Source: Eledone cirrhosa
Lineage: Eukaryota
Assembly: GCA_964016885.1 (NCBI GenBank)
Contig: OZ024760.1
Location: 31,744,001 to 31,808,000 of the forward strand
DNA: 64,000 bases
Direction: 5' to 3'
Part shown: positions 1-18,000 of the stretch, in pieces
Layout of the letters: every line of letters begins with the position of its first letter
Position numbering within the stretch: the first letter of the stretch is position 1
Notes under the pieces: model-generated
Seen by the model: only the letters and a program-made list of their open reading frames with translations
What the model was told of the DNA's origin: nothing
Database searches by the model: none
Program-made: the position numbers and the translations under genes

Positions 1-3000
1 AAACAAACTCTCCATTCAATAAACACACTCTCTATACAATAAATACACTCTCATACAATAAACACAGTCTCATACAATAAACACATTCTCATACAATAAA
101 AACACTCTCATACAATAAACACACTCTCATACAATAAACACACTCTCCATACAATAAGCACACTCTCCATACAATAAACACACTCTCCATACAATAAACA
201 CACTCTCATACAATAAACACACTCTCCATACAATAAACGCACTCTCATACAATAAACACACTCTCCATACAATAAACACACTCTCCATACAATAAACACA
301 CTCTCCATACAATAAACACACTCTCATACCATAAACACACTCTCATTCAATAAACACACTCTCCATACAATAAACACTCTCCACACAATAAACACACTCA
401 CCATACAGTAAATACACTCTCAATACAGTAAACACACTCTCAATACAATAAACACACTCTCATACAATAAACACCCTCTCATACAATAAACACACTCTCC
501 ATACAATAAACACACTCTCATACAATAAACACACTCTATACAATAAACACACTCTCCATACAATAAACACACTCTCATACAATAAACACACTCTTCATAC
601 AATAAATACACTCTCATACAATAAACACACTCCATACAATAAACACGCTCTCCATATAATAAACACTCTCCATACAATACGCACACTCTCCATACAATAA
701 ACACACTCTCATACAATAAACACACTCTCCATACAATAAACACACTCTTATACAATAAACACACTCTCCATACAATAAACACACTCTCATACAATAAACA
801 CCCTCTCATACAATAAACACACTCTCCATACAATAAACACACTCTCATACAATAAACACACTCTCATACAATAAACACACTCTCATACAATAAACACACT
901 CTCCATACAATAAACACTCTCTTATACAATAAACACACTCTCCATACAATAAACACACTCTCATACAATAAACACCCTCTCATACAATAAACACAGTCTC
1001 CATACAATAAACACACTCTCATACAATAAACACACTCTCATACAATAAACACACTCTCATACAATAAACACACTCTCCATACAATAAACACACTCTTATA
1101 CAATAAACACACTCTCCATACAATAAACACACTCTCATACAATAAACACCCTCTCATACAATAAACACACTCTCCATACAATAAACACACTCTCATACAA
1201 TAAACACACTCTCATACAATAAACACACTCTCATACAATAAACACACTCTCCATACAATAAACACACTCTTATACAATAAACACACTCTCCATACAATAA
1301 ACACACACTCCATACAATAAACACACTCTCCATTCAATAAACACACTCTCCATACAATAAACACACTCTCATACAATAAACACACTCTCCATACAATAAA
1401 CACACTCTCATACAATAAACACACGCCATACAATAAACACACTCCATACAATAAACACACTCCATACAATAAACACACTCTCCATACAATAAACACTCTC
1501 CATACAATAAACACACTCTCATACAATAAACAGACTCTCCATACAATAAACACTCTCCATACAATAAACACACTCTCCATACAATAAACACTCTCCATAC
1601 AATAAACACACTCTCATACAATAAACACACTCTCATACAATAAACAGACTCTCCATACAATAAACACTCTCCATACAATAAACACACTCTCCATACAATA
1701 AACACTCTCCATACAATAAACACACTCTCATACAATAAACAGACTCCATACAATAAACACACTCTCCATACAAAAAAACACACTCTCATACAATAAACAC
1801 AGTCTCCATACAATAAACACACTCTCCATACAATAAACACAGTCTCATACAATAAACACACTCTCCATACAATAAACACTCACTATACAATAAACACACA
1901 CTCATACAATAAACACACTCTCATACAATAAACACACTCTCCATACAATAAACACACTCTCCATACAATAAACACTCCCCATACAATAAACACACTCTCA
2001 TACAATAAACACACTCTCCATAGTATAAACACACTCTCATACAATAAACATATTCTCATACAATAAACACACTCTCCATACAATAAACTCACTCTCCATA
2101 CAATAAACACACTCTCCATACAATAAACACACTCTCATACAATAAACACACTCTCCATACAATAAACACACTCTCCATACAATAAACACACTCTCATATG
2201 ATAAACACACTCTCATACAATAAACACACTCTCCACACAATAAACACACTCTCCATACAATAAACTCACTCTCCATACAATAAACACACTCTCCATACAA
2301 TAAATACACTCTCTTTACAATAAACACACTCTCCATACAATAAACACACTCTCATACAATAAACACACTCTCCATAGTATAAACACACTCTCATACAATA
2401 AACATATTCTCATACAATAAACACACTCTCATACAATAAACACACTCTCCATACAATAAACACACTCTCATACAATAAACATACTCTCCATACAATAAAC
2501 ACTCTCATACAATAAACACACTCTCCATACAATAAACACACTCTCCATACAATAAACACACTCTCATACAATAAACACACTCTCATACAATAAACACACT
2601 CCATACAATAAATACACTCTCATACAATAAACACACTCTCCATAAAATAAACACACCCTCATACAATAAACACACTCTCATACAATAAACACGCCCCATA
2701 CAATAAACACACTCTCCATACAATAAACACACTCTCATACAATAAACACACTCTCCATACAATAAACACACTCTCATACATTAAACACACTCTCATACAA
2801 TAAACATACTCTCCATACAATAAACACTCTCATACAATAAACACACTCTCCATACAATAAACACACTCTCCATACAATAAACACACTCTCATACAATAAA
2901 CACACTCTCATACAATAAACACTCTCCATACAATAAACACACTCTCATACAATAAACACACTCTCATACAATAAACACACTCCATACAATAAATACACTC

Positions 3001-6000
3001 TCATACAATAAACACACTCTCCATAAAATAAACACACTCTCCATACAATAAACACACTCTCCATACAATAAACACACTCTCCATACAATAAACACACTCT
3101 CCATACAATAAACACACTCTCATACCATAAACACACTCTCATTCAATAAACACACTCTCCATACAATAAACACTCTCCATACAATAAACACACTCTCCAT
3201 ACAATAAACACACTCACCATACAGTAAATACACTCTCAATACAGTAAACACACTCTCAATACAATAAACACACTCTCATACAATAAACACCCTCTCATAC
3301 AATAAACACACTCTCCATACAATAAACACACTCTCATACAATAAACACACTCTATACAATAAACACACTCTCCATACAATAAACACACTCTCATACAATA
3401 AACACACTCTTCATACAATAAATACACTCTCATACAATAAACACACTCCATACAATAAACACGCTCTCCATATAATAAACACTCTCCATACAATACGCAC
3501 ACTCTCCATACAATAAACACACTCTCATACAATAAACACACTCTCCATACAATAAACACACTCTTATACAATAAACACACTCTCCATACAATAAACACAC
3601 TCTCATACAATAAACACCCTCTCATACAATAAACACACTCTCCATACAATAAACACACTCTCATACAATAAACACACTCTCATACAATAAACACACGCCA
3701 TACAATAAACACACTCCATACAATAAACACACTCTCCATACAATAAACACTCTCCATACAATAAACACACTCTCATACAATAAACACACTCTCCATACAA
3801 TAAACACACTCTCCATACAATACACACTCTCCATACAATAAACACACTCTCATACAATAAACACACTCTCCATACAATAAACACACTCTCCATACAATAA
3901 ACACACTCTCATACAATAAACACACTCTCCATACAATAAACACACACTCCATACAATAAACACACTCTCCATTCAATAAACACACTCTCCATACAATAAA
4001 CACACTCTCATACAATAAACACACTCTCCATACAATAAACACACTCTCATACAATAAACACACGCCATACAATAAACACACTCCATACAATAAACACACT
4101 CCATACAATAAACACACTCTCCATACAATAAACACTCTCCATACAATAAACACACTCTCATACAATAAACAGACTCTCCATACAATAAACACTCTCCATA
4201 CAATAAACACACTCTCCATACAATAAACACTCTCCATACAATAAACACACTCTCATACAATAAACACACTCTCATACAATAAACAGACTCTCCATACAAT
4301 AAACACTCTCCATACAATAAACACACTCTCCATACAATAAACACTCTCCATACAATAAACACACTCTCATACAATAAACAGACTCCATACAATAAACACA
4401 GTCTCCATACAATAAACACACTCTCCATACAATAAACACACTCTCATACAATAAACACACTCTCCATACAATAAACACTCACTATACAATAAACACACAC
4501 TCATACAATAAACACACTCTCATACAATAAACACACTCTCCATACAATAAACACACTCTCCATACAATAAACACTCCCCATACAATAAACACACTCTCAT
4601 ACAATAAACACACTCTCCATAGTATAAACACACTCTCATACAATAAACATATTCTCATACAATAAACACACTCTCCATACAATAAACTCACTCTCCATAC
4701 AATAAACACACTCTCCATACAATAAACACACTCTCATACAATAAACACACTCTCCATACAATAAACACACTCTCCATACAATAAACACACTCTCATATGA
4801 TAAACACACTCTCATACAATAAACACACTCTCCACACAATAAACACACTCTCCATACAATAAACTCACTCTCCATACAATAAACACACTCTCCATACAAT
4901 AAATACACTCTCTTTACAATAAACACACTCTCCATACAATAAACACACTCTCATACAATAAACACACTCTCCATAGTATAAACACACTCTCATACAATAA
5001 ACATATTCTCATACAATAAACACACTCTCATACAATAAACACACTCTCCATACAATAAACACACTCTCATACAATAAACATACTCTCCATACAATAAACA
5101 CTCTCATACAATAAACACACTCTCCATACAATAAACACACTCTCCATACAATAAACACACTCTCATACAATAAACACACTCTCATACAATAAACACACTC
5201 CATACAATAAATACACTCTCATACAATAAACACACTCTCCATAAAATAAACACACCCTCATACAATAAACACACTCTCATACAATAAACACGCCCCATAC
5301 AATAAACACACTCTCCATACAATAAACACACTCTCATACAATAAACACACTCTCCATACAATAAACACACTCTCATACAATAAACACACTCTCATACAAT
5401 AAACACTCTCATACAATAAACACACTCTCCATACAATAAACACACTCTCCATACAATAAACACACTCTCATACAATAAACACACTCTCATACAATAAACA
5501 CTCTCCATACAATAAACACACTCTCATACAATAAACACACTCTCATACAATAAACACACTCTCCATAGTATAAACACTCTCATACAATAAACACACTCTC
5601 CATACAATAAACACACTCTCCATACAATAAACACACTCTCATACAATAAACACACTCTCATACAATAAACACACTCCATACAATAAATACACTCTCATAC
5701 AATAAACACACTCTCCATAAAATAAACACACCCTCATACAATAAACACACTCTCATACAATAAACACGCCCCATACAATAAACACACTCTCCATACAATA
5801 AACACACTCTCCATACAATAAACACACTCTCATACAATAAACACACTCTCATACAATAAACATACTCTCCATACAATAAACACTCTCATACAATAAACAC
5901 ACTCTCCATACAATAAACACACTCTCCATACAATAAACACACTCTCATACAATAAACACACTCTCATACAATAAACACTCTCCATACAATAAACACACTC

Positions 6001-9000
6001 TCATACAATAAACACACTCTCATACAATAAACACACTCCATACAATAAATACACTCTCATACAATAAACACACTCTCCATAAAATAAACACACTCTCCAT
6101 ACAATAAACACACTCTCATACAATAAACACACTCTCATACAATAAACACACTCTCATACAATAAACACACTCTCCATACAATAAACACACTCTCCATACA
6201 ATAAACACACTCTCCATACAATAAACACACTCTCATACCATAAACACACTCTCATTCAATAAACACACTCTCCATACAATAAACACTCTCCATACAATAA
6301 ACACACTCTCCATACAATAAACACACTCACCATACAGTAAATACACTCTCAATACAGTAAACACACTCTCAATACAATAAACACACTCTCATACAATAAA
6401 CACCCTCTCCTCCAATAAACACACTCTCCATACAATAAACACACTCTCATACAATAAACACACTCTATACAATAAACACACTCTCCATACAATAAACACA
6501 CTCTCATACAATAAACACACTCTTCATACAATAAATACACTCTCATACAATAAACACACTCCATACAATAAACACGCTCTCCATATAATAAACACTCTCC
6601 ATACAATACGCACACTCTCCATACAATAAACACACTCTCATACAATAAACACACTCTCCATACAATAAACACACTCTTATACAATAAACACACTCTCCAT
6701 ACAATAAACACACTCTCATACAATAAACACTCTCCATACAATAAACACACTCTCATACAATAAACACACTCTCCATACAATAAACACACTCTCCATACAA
6801 TAAACACACTCTCATATGATAAACACACTCTCATACAATAAACACACTCTCCACACAATAAACACACTCTCCATACAATAAACTCACTCTCCATACAATA
6901 AACACACTCTCCATACAATAAATACACTCTCTTTACAATAAACACACTCTCCATACAATAAACACACTCTCATACAATAAACACACTCTCCATAGTATAA
7001 ACACACTCTCATACAATAAACATATTCTCATACAATAAACACACTCTCATACAATAAACACACTCTCCATACAATAAACACACTCTCATACAATAAACAT
7101 ACTCTCCATACAATAAACACTCTCATACAATAAACACACTCTCCATACAATAAACACACTCTCCATACAATAAACACACTCTCATACAATAAACACACTC
7201 TCATACAATAAACACACTCCATACAATAAATACACTCTCATACAATAAACACACTCTCCATAAAATAAACACACCCTCATACAATAAACACACTCTCATA
7301 CAATAAACACGCCCCATACAATAAACACACTCTCCATACAATAAACACACTCTCATACAATAAACACACTCTCCATACAATAAACACACTCTCATACAAT
7401 AAACACACTCTCATACAATAAACACTCTCATACAATAAACACACTCTCCATACAATAAACACACTCTCCATACAATAAACACACTCTCATACAATAAACA
7501 CACTCTCATACAATAAACACTCTCCATACAATAAACACACTCTCATACAATAAACACACTCTCATACAATAAACACACTCTCCATAGTATAAACACTCTC
7601 ATACAATAAACACACTCTCCATACAATAAACACACTCTCCATACAATAAACACACTCTCATACAATAAACACACTCTCATACAATAAACACACTCCATAC
7701 AATAAATACACTCTCATACAATAAACACACTCTCCATAAAATAAACACACCCTCATACAATAAACACACTCTCATACAATAAACACGCCCCATACAATAA
7801 ACACACTCTCCATACAATAAACACACTCTCCATACAATAAACACACTCTCATACAATAAACACACTCTCATACAATAAACATACTCTCCATACAATAAAC
7901 ACTCTCATACAATAAACACACTCTCCATACAATAAACACACTCTCCATACAATAAACACACTCTCATACAATAAACACACTCTCATACAATAAACACTCT
8001 CCATACAATAAACACACTCTCATACAATAAACACACTCTCATACAATAAACACACTCCATACAATAAATACACTCTCATACAATAAACACACTCTCCATA
8101 AAATAAACACACTCTCCATACAATAAACACACTCTCATACAATAAACACACTGTCATACAATAAACACACTCTCATACAATAAACACACTCTCCATACAA
8201 TAAACACACTCTCCATACAATAAACACACTCTCCATACAATAAACACACTCTCATACCATAAACACACTCTCATTCAATAAACACACTCTCCATACAATA
8301 AACACTCTCCATACAATAAACACACTCTCCATACAATAAACACACTCACCATACAGTAAATACACTCTCAATACAGTAAACACACTCTCAATACAATAAA
8401 CACACTCTCATACAATAAACACCCTCTCCTCCAATAAACACACTCTCCATACAATAAACACACTCTCATACAATAAACACACTCTATACAATAAACACAC
8501 TCTCCATACAATAAACACACTCTCATACAATAAACACACTCTTCATACAATAAATACACTCTCATACAATAAACACACTCCATACAATAAACACGCTCTC
8601 CATATAATAAACACTCTCCATACAATACGCACACTCTCCATACAATAAACACACTCTCATACAATAAATACACTCTCCATACAATAAACACACTCTTATA
8701 CAATAAACACACTCTCCATACAATAAACACACTCTCATACAATAAACACTCTCCATACAATAAACACACTCTCATACAATAAACACACTCTCCATACAAT
8801 AAACACACTCTTCATACAATAAACACACTCTCATACAATAAACACACTCTCCATACAATAAACACACACTCCATACAATAAACACACTCTCCATTCAATA
8901 AACACACTCTCCATACAATAAACACTCTCCATACAATAAACACACTCTCATACAATAAACAGACTCTCCATACAATAAACACTCTCCATACAATAAACAC

Positions 9001-12000
9001 ACTCTCCATACAATAAACACTCTCCATACAATAAACACACTCTCATACAATAAACACACTCTCATACAATAAACACACTCTCCATACAATAAACACTCAC
9101 TATACAATAAACACACACTCATACAATAAACACACTCTCATACAATAAACACACTCTCCATACAATAAACACACTCTCCATACAATAAACACTCACTATA
9201 CAATAAACACACACTCATACAATAAACACACTCTCATACAATAAACACACTCCCCATACAATAAACACACTCTCATACAATAAACACACTCTCCATAGTA
9301 TAAACACACTCTCATACAATAAACATATTCTCATACAATAAACACACTCTCCATACAATAAACTCACTCTCCATACAATAAACACACTCTCCATATAATA
9401 AACACACTCTCATACAATAAACACACTCTCCATACAATAAACACACTCTCCATACAATAAACACACTCTCATATGATAAACACACTCTCATACAATAAAC
9501 ACACTCTCCACACAATAAACACACTCTCCATACAATAAACTCACTCTCCATACAATAAACACACTCTCCATACAATAAATACACTCTCTTTACAATAAAC
9601 ACACTCTCCATACAATAAACACACTCTCATACAATAAACACACTCTCATACAATAAACACACGCCATACAATAAACACACTCCATACAATAAACACACTC
9701 TCCATACAATAAACACTCTCCATACAATAAACACACTCTCATACAATAAACACACTCTCCATACAATAAACACACTCTCCATACAATACACACTCTCCAT
9801 ACAATAAACACACTCTCATACAATAAACACACTCTCCATACAATAAACACACTCTCCATACAATAAACACACTCTCATACAATAAACACACTCTCCATAC
9901 AATAAACACACACTCCATACAATAAACACACTCTCCATTCAATAAACACACTCTCCATACAATAAACACTCTCCATACAATAAACACACTCTCATACAAT
10001 AAACAGACTCTCCATACAATAAACACTCTCCATACAATAAACACACTCTCCATACAATAAACACTCTCCATACAATAAACACACTCTCATACAATAAACA
10101 CACTCTCATACAATAAACACACTCTCCATACAATAAACACTCACTATACAATAAACACACACTCATACAATAAACACACTCTCATACAATAAACACACTC
10201 TCCATACAATAAACACACTCTCCATACAATAAACACTCACTATACAATAAACACACACTCATACAATAAACACACTCTCATACAATAAACACACTCCCCA
10301 TACAATAAACACACTCTCATACAATAAACACACTCTCCATAGTATAAACACACTCTCATACAATAAACATATTCTCATACAATAAACACACTCTCCATAC
10401 AATAAACTCACTCTCCATACAATAAACACACTCTCCATACAATAAACACACTCTCATACAATAAACACACTCTCCATACAATAAACACACTCTCCATACA
10501 ATAAACACACTCTCATATGATAAACACACTCTCATACAATAAACACACTCTCCACACAATAAACACACTCTCCATACAATAAACTCACTCTCCATACAAT
10601 AAACACACTCTCCATACAATAAATACACTCTCTTTACAATAAACACACTCTCCATACAATAAACACACTCTCATACAATAAACACACTCTCCATAGTATA
10701 AACACTCTCATACAATAAACACACTCTCCATACAATAAACACACTCTCCATACAATAAACACACTCTCATACAATAAACACACTCTCATACAATAAACAC
10801 ACTCCATACAATAAATACACTCTCATACAATAAACACTCTCCATACAATAAACACACTCTCATACAATAAACACACTCTCATACAATAAACACACTCCAT
10901 ACAATAAATACACTCTCATACAATAAACACACTCTCCATAAAATAAACACACTCTCCATACAATAAACACACTCTCATACAATAAACACACTCTCATACA
11001 ATAAACACACTCTCATACAATAAACACACTCTCCATACAATAAACACACTCTCCATACAATAAACACACTCTCCATACAATAAACACACTCTCATACCAT
11101 AAACACACACTCATTCAATAAACACACTCTCCATACAATAAACACTCTCCATACAATAAACACACTCTCCATACAATAAACACACTCACCATACAGTAAA
11201 TACACTCTCAATACAGTAAACACACTCTCAATACAATAAACACACTCTCATACAATAAACACCCTCTCCTACAATAAACACACTCTCCATACAATAAACA
11301 CACTCTCATACAATAAACACACTCTATACAATAAACACACTCTCCATACAATAAACACACTCTCATACAATAAACACACTCTTCATACAATAAATACACT
11401 CTCATACAATAAACACACTCCATACAATAAACACGCTCTCCATATAATAAACACTCTCCATACAATACGCACACTCTCCATACAATAAACACACTCTCAT
11501 ACAATAAACACACTCTCCATACAATAAACACACTCTTATACAATAAACACACTCTCCATACAATAAACACACTCTCATACAATAAACACCCTCTCATACA
11601 ATAAACACACTCTCCATACAATAAACACACTCTCATACAATAAACACACTCTCATACAATAAACACACGCCATACAATAAACACACTCCATACAATAAAC
11701 ACACTCTCCATACAATAAACACTCTCCATACAATAAACACACTCTCATACAATAAACACACTCTCCATACAATAAACACACTCTCCATACAATACACACT
11801 CTCCATACAATAAACACACTCTCATACAATAAACACACTCTCCATACAATAAACACACTCTCCATACAATAAACACACTCTCATACAATAAACACACTCT
11901 CCATACAATAAACACACACTCCATACAATAAACACACTCTCCATTCAATAAACACACTCTCCATACAATAAACACACTCTCATACAATAAACACACTCTC

Positions 12001-15000
12001 ATACAATAAACAGACTCTCCATACCATAAACACTCTCCATACAATAAACACACTCTCCATACAATAAACACTCTCCATACAATAAACACACTCTCATACA
12101 ATAAACAGACTCCATACAATAAACACACTCTCCATACAAAAAAACACACTCTCATACAATAAACACAGTCTCCATACAATAAACACACTCTCCATACAAT
12201 AAACACACTCTCATACAATAAACACACTCTCCATACAATAAACACTCACTATACAATAAACACACACTCATACAATAAACACACTCTCATACAATAAACA
12301 CACTCTCCATACAATAAACACACTCTCCATACAATAAACACTCACTATACAATAAACACACACTCATACAATAAACACACTCTCATACAATAAACACACT
12401 CCCCATACAATAAACACACTCTCATACAATAAACACACTCTCCATAGTATAAACACACTCTCATACAATAAACATATTCTCATACAATAAACACACTCTC
12501 CATACAATAAACTCACTCTCCATACAATAAACACACTCTCCATACAATAAACACACTCTCATACAATAAACACACTCTCCATACAATAAACACACTCTCC
12601 ATACAATAAACACACTCTCATATGATAAACACACTCTCATACAATAAACACACTCTCCACACAATAAACACACTCTCCATACAATAAACTCACTCTCCAT
12701 ACAATAAACACACTCTCCATACAATAAATACACTCTCTTTACAATAAACACACTCTCCATACAATAAACACACTCTCATACAATAAACACACTCTCCATA
12801 GTATAAACACTCTCATACAATAAACACACTCTCCATACAATAAACACACTCTCCATACAATAAACACACTCTCATACAATAAACACACTCTCATACAATA
12901 AACACACTCCATACAATAAATACACTCTCATACAATAAACACACTCTCCATAAAATAAACACACCCTCATACAATAAACACACTCTCATACAATAAACAC
13001 GCCCCATACAATAAACACACTCTCCATACAATAAACACACTCTCCATACAATAAACACACTCTCATACAATAAACACACTCTCATACAATAAACATACTC
13101 TCCATACAATAAACACTCTCATACAATAAACACACTCTCATACAATAAACACACTCTCATACAATAAACACACTCCATACAATAAATACACTCTCATACA
13201 ATAAACACTCTCCATACAATAAACACACTCTCATACAATAAACACACTCTCATACAATAAACACACTCCATACAATAAATACACTCTCATACAATAAACA
13301 CACTCTCCATAAAATAAACACACTCTCCATACAATAAACACACTCTCATACAATAAACACACTCTCATACAATAAACACACTCTCATACAATAAACACAC
13401 TCTCCATACAATAAACACACTCTCCATACAATAAACACACTCTCCATACAATAAACACACTCTCATACCATAAACACACTCTCATTCAATAAACACACTC
13501 TCCATACAATAAACACTCTCCATACAATAAACACACTCTCCATACAATAAACACACTCACCATACAGTAAATACACTCTCAATACAGTAAACACACTCTC
13601 AATACAATAAACACACTCTCATACAATAAACACCCTCTCCTACAATAAACACACTCTCCATACAATAAACACACTCTCATACAATAAACACACTCTATAC
13701 AATAAACACACTCTCCATACAATAAACACACTCTCATACAATAAACACACTCTTCATACAATAAATACACTCTCATACAATAAACACACTCCATACAATA
13801 AACACGCTCTCCATATAATAAACACTCTCCATACAATACGCACACTCTCCATACAATAAACACACTCTCATACAATAAACACACTCTCCATACAATAAAC
13901 ACACTCTTATACAATAAACACACTCTCCATACAATAAACACACTCTCATACAATAAACACCCTCTCATACAATAAACACACTCTCCATACAATAAACACA
14001 CTCTCATACAATAAACACACTCTCATACAATAAACACACGCCATACAATAAACACACTCCATACAATAAACACACTCTCCATACAATAAACACTCTCCAT
14101 ACAATAAACACACTCTCATACAATAAACACACTCTCCATACAATAAACACACTCTCCATACAATACACACTCTCCATACAATAAACACACTCTCATACAA
14201 TAAACACACTCTCCATACAATAAACACACTCTCCATACAATAAACACACTCTCATACAATAAACACACTCTCCATACAATAAACACACACTCCATACAAT
14301 AAACACACTCTCCATTCAATAAACACACTCTCCATACAATAAACACACTCTCATACAATAAACACACTCTCATACAATAAACAGACTCTCCATACCATAA
14401 ACACTCTCCATACAATAAACACACTCTCCATACAATAAACACTCTCCATACAATAAACACACTCTCATACAATAAACAGACTCCATACAATAAACACACT
14501 CTCCATACAAAAAAACACACTCTCATACAATAAACACAGTCTCCATACAATAAACACACTCTCCATACAATAAACACACTCTCATACAATAAACACACTC
14601 TCCATACAATAAACACTCACTATACAATAAACACACACTCATACAATAAACACACTCTCATACAATAAACACACTCTCCATACAATAAACACACTCTCCA
14701 TACAATAAACACTCACTATACAATAAACACACACTCATACAATAAACACACTCTCATACAATAAACACACTCCCCATACAATAAACACACTCTCATACAA
14801 TAAACACACTCTCCATAGTATAAACACACTCTCATACAATAAACATATTCTCATACAATAAACACACTCTCCATACAATAAACTCACTCTCCATACAATA
14901 AACACACTCTCCATACAATAAACACACTCTCATACAATAAACACACTCTCCATACAATAAACACACTCTCCATACAATAAACACACTCTCATATGATAAA

Positions 15001-18000
15001 CACACTCTCATACAATAAACACACTCTCCACACAATAAACACACTCTCCATACAATAAACTCACTCTCCATACAATAAACACACTCTCCATACAATAAAT
15101 ACACTCTCTTTACAATAAACACACTCTCCATACAATAAACACACTCTCATACAATAAACACACTCTCCATAGTATAAACACTCTCATACAATAAACACAC
15201 TCTCCATACAATAAACACACTCTCCATACAATAAACACACTCTCATACAATAAACACACTCTCATACAATAAACACACTCCATACAATAAATACACTCTC
15301 ATACAATAAACACACTCTCCATAAAATAAACACACCCTCATACAATAAACACACTCTCATACAATAAACACGCCCCATACAATAAACACACTCTCCATAC
15401 AATAAACACACTCTCCATACAATAAACACACTCTCATACAATAAACACACTCTCATACAATAAACATACTCTCCATACAATAAACACTCTCATACAATAA
15501 ACACACTCTCCATACAATAAACACACTCTCCATACAATAAACACACTCTCATACAATAAACACACTCTCATACAATAAACACTCTCCATACAATAAACAC
15601 ACTCTCATACAATAAACACACTCTCATACAATAAACACACTCCATACAATAAATACACTCTCATACAATAAACACACTCTCCATAAAATAAACACACTCT
15701 CCATACAATAAACACACTCTCATACAATAAACACACTCTCATACAATAAACACACTCTCATACAATAAACACACTCTCCATACAATAAACACACTCTCCA
15801 TACAATAAACACACTCTCCATACAATAAACACACTCTCATACCATAAACACACTCTCATTCAATAAACACACTCTCCATACAATAAACACTCTCCATACA
15901 ATAAACACACTCTCCATACAATAAACACACTCACCATACAGTAAATACACTCTCAATACAGTAAACACACTCTCAATACAATAAACACACTCTCATACAA
16001 TAAACACCCCCTCCTACAATAAACACACTCTCCATACAATAAACACACTCTCATACAATAAACACACTCTATACAATAAACACACTCTCCATACAATAAA
16101 CACACTCTCATACAATAAACACACTCTTCATACAATAAATACACTCTCATACAATAAACACACTCCATACAATAAACACGCTCTCCATATAATAAACACT
16201 CTCCATACAATACGCACACTCTCCATACAATAAACACACTCTCATACAATAAACACACTCTCCATACAATAAACACACTCTTATACAATAAACACACTCT
16301 CCATACAATAAACACACTCTCATACAATAAACACCCTCTCATACAATAAACACACTCTCCATACAATAAACACACTCTCATACAATAAACACACTCTCAT
16401 ACAATAAACACACGCCATACAATAAACACACTCCATACAATAAACACACTCTCCATACAATAAACACTCTCCATACAATAAACACACTCTCATACAATAA
16501 ACACACTCTCCATACAATAAACACACTCTCCATACAATACACACTCTCCATACAATAAACACACTCTCATACAATAAACACACTCTCCATACAATAAACA
16601 CACTCTCCATACAATAAACACACTCTCATACAATAAACACACTCTCCATACAATAAACACACACTCCATACAATAAACACACTCTCCATTCAATAAACAC
16701 ACTCTCCATACAATAAACACACTCTCATACAATAAACACACTCTCCATACAATAAACACACTCTCATACAATAAACACACGCCATACAATAAACACACTC
16801 CATACAATAAACACACTCCATACAATAAACACACTCTCCATACAATAAACACTCTCCATACAATAAACACACTCTCATACAATAAACAGACTCTCCATAC
16901 AATAAACACTCTCCATACAATAAACACACTCTCCATACAATAAACACTCTCCATACAATAAACACACTCTCATACAATAAACACACTCTCATACAATAAA
17001 CAGACTCTCCATACAATAAACACTATCCATACAATAAACACACTCTCCATACAATAAACACTCTCCATACAATAAACACACTCTCATACAATAAACAGAC
17101 TCCATACAATAAACACACTCTCCATACAAAAAAACACACTCTCATACAATAAACACAGTCTCCATACAATAAACACACTCTCCATACAATAAACACACTC
17201 TCATATGATAAACACACTCTCATACAATAAACACACTCTCCACACAATAAACACACTCTCCATACAATAAACTCACTCTCCATACAATAAACACACTCTC
17301 CATACAATAAATACACTCTCTTTACAATAAACACACTCTCCATACAATAAACACACTCTCATACAATAAATACACTCTCCATAGTATAAACACACTCTCA
17401 TACAATAAACATATTCTCATACAATAAACACACTCTCATACAATAAACACACTCTCCATACAATAAACACACTCTCATACAATAAACATACTCTCCATAC
17501 AATAAACACTCTCATACAATAAACACACTCTCCATACAATAAACACACTCTCCATACAATAAACACACTCTCATACAATAAACACACTCTCATACAATAA
17601 ACACACTCCATACAATAAATACACTCTCATACAATAAACACACTCTCCATAAAATAAACACACCCTCATACAATAAACACACTCTCATACAATAAACACG
17701 CCCCATACAATAAACACACTCTCCATACAATAAACACACTCTCATACAATAAACACACTCTCCATACAATAAACACACTCTCATACAATAAACACACTCT
17801 CATACAATAAACATACTCTCCATACAATAAACACTCTCATACAATAAACACACTCTCCATACAATAAACACACTCTCCATACAATAAACACACTCTCATA
17901 CAATAAACACACTCTCATACAATAAACACTCTCCATACAATAAACACACTCTCATACAATAAACACACTCTCATACAATAAACACACTCCATACAATAAA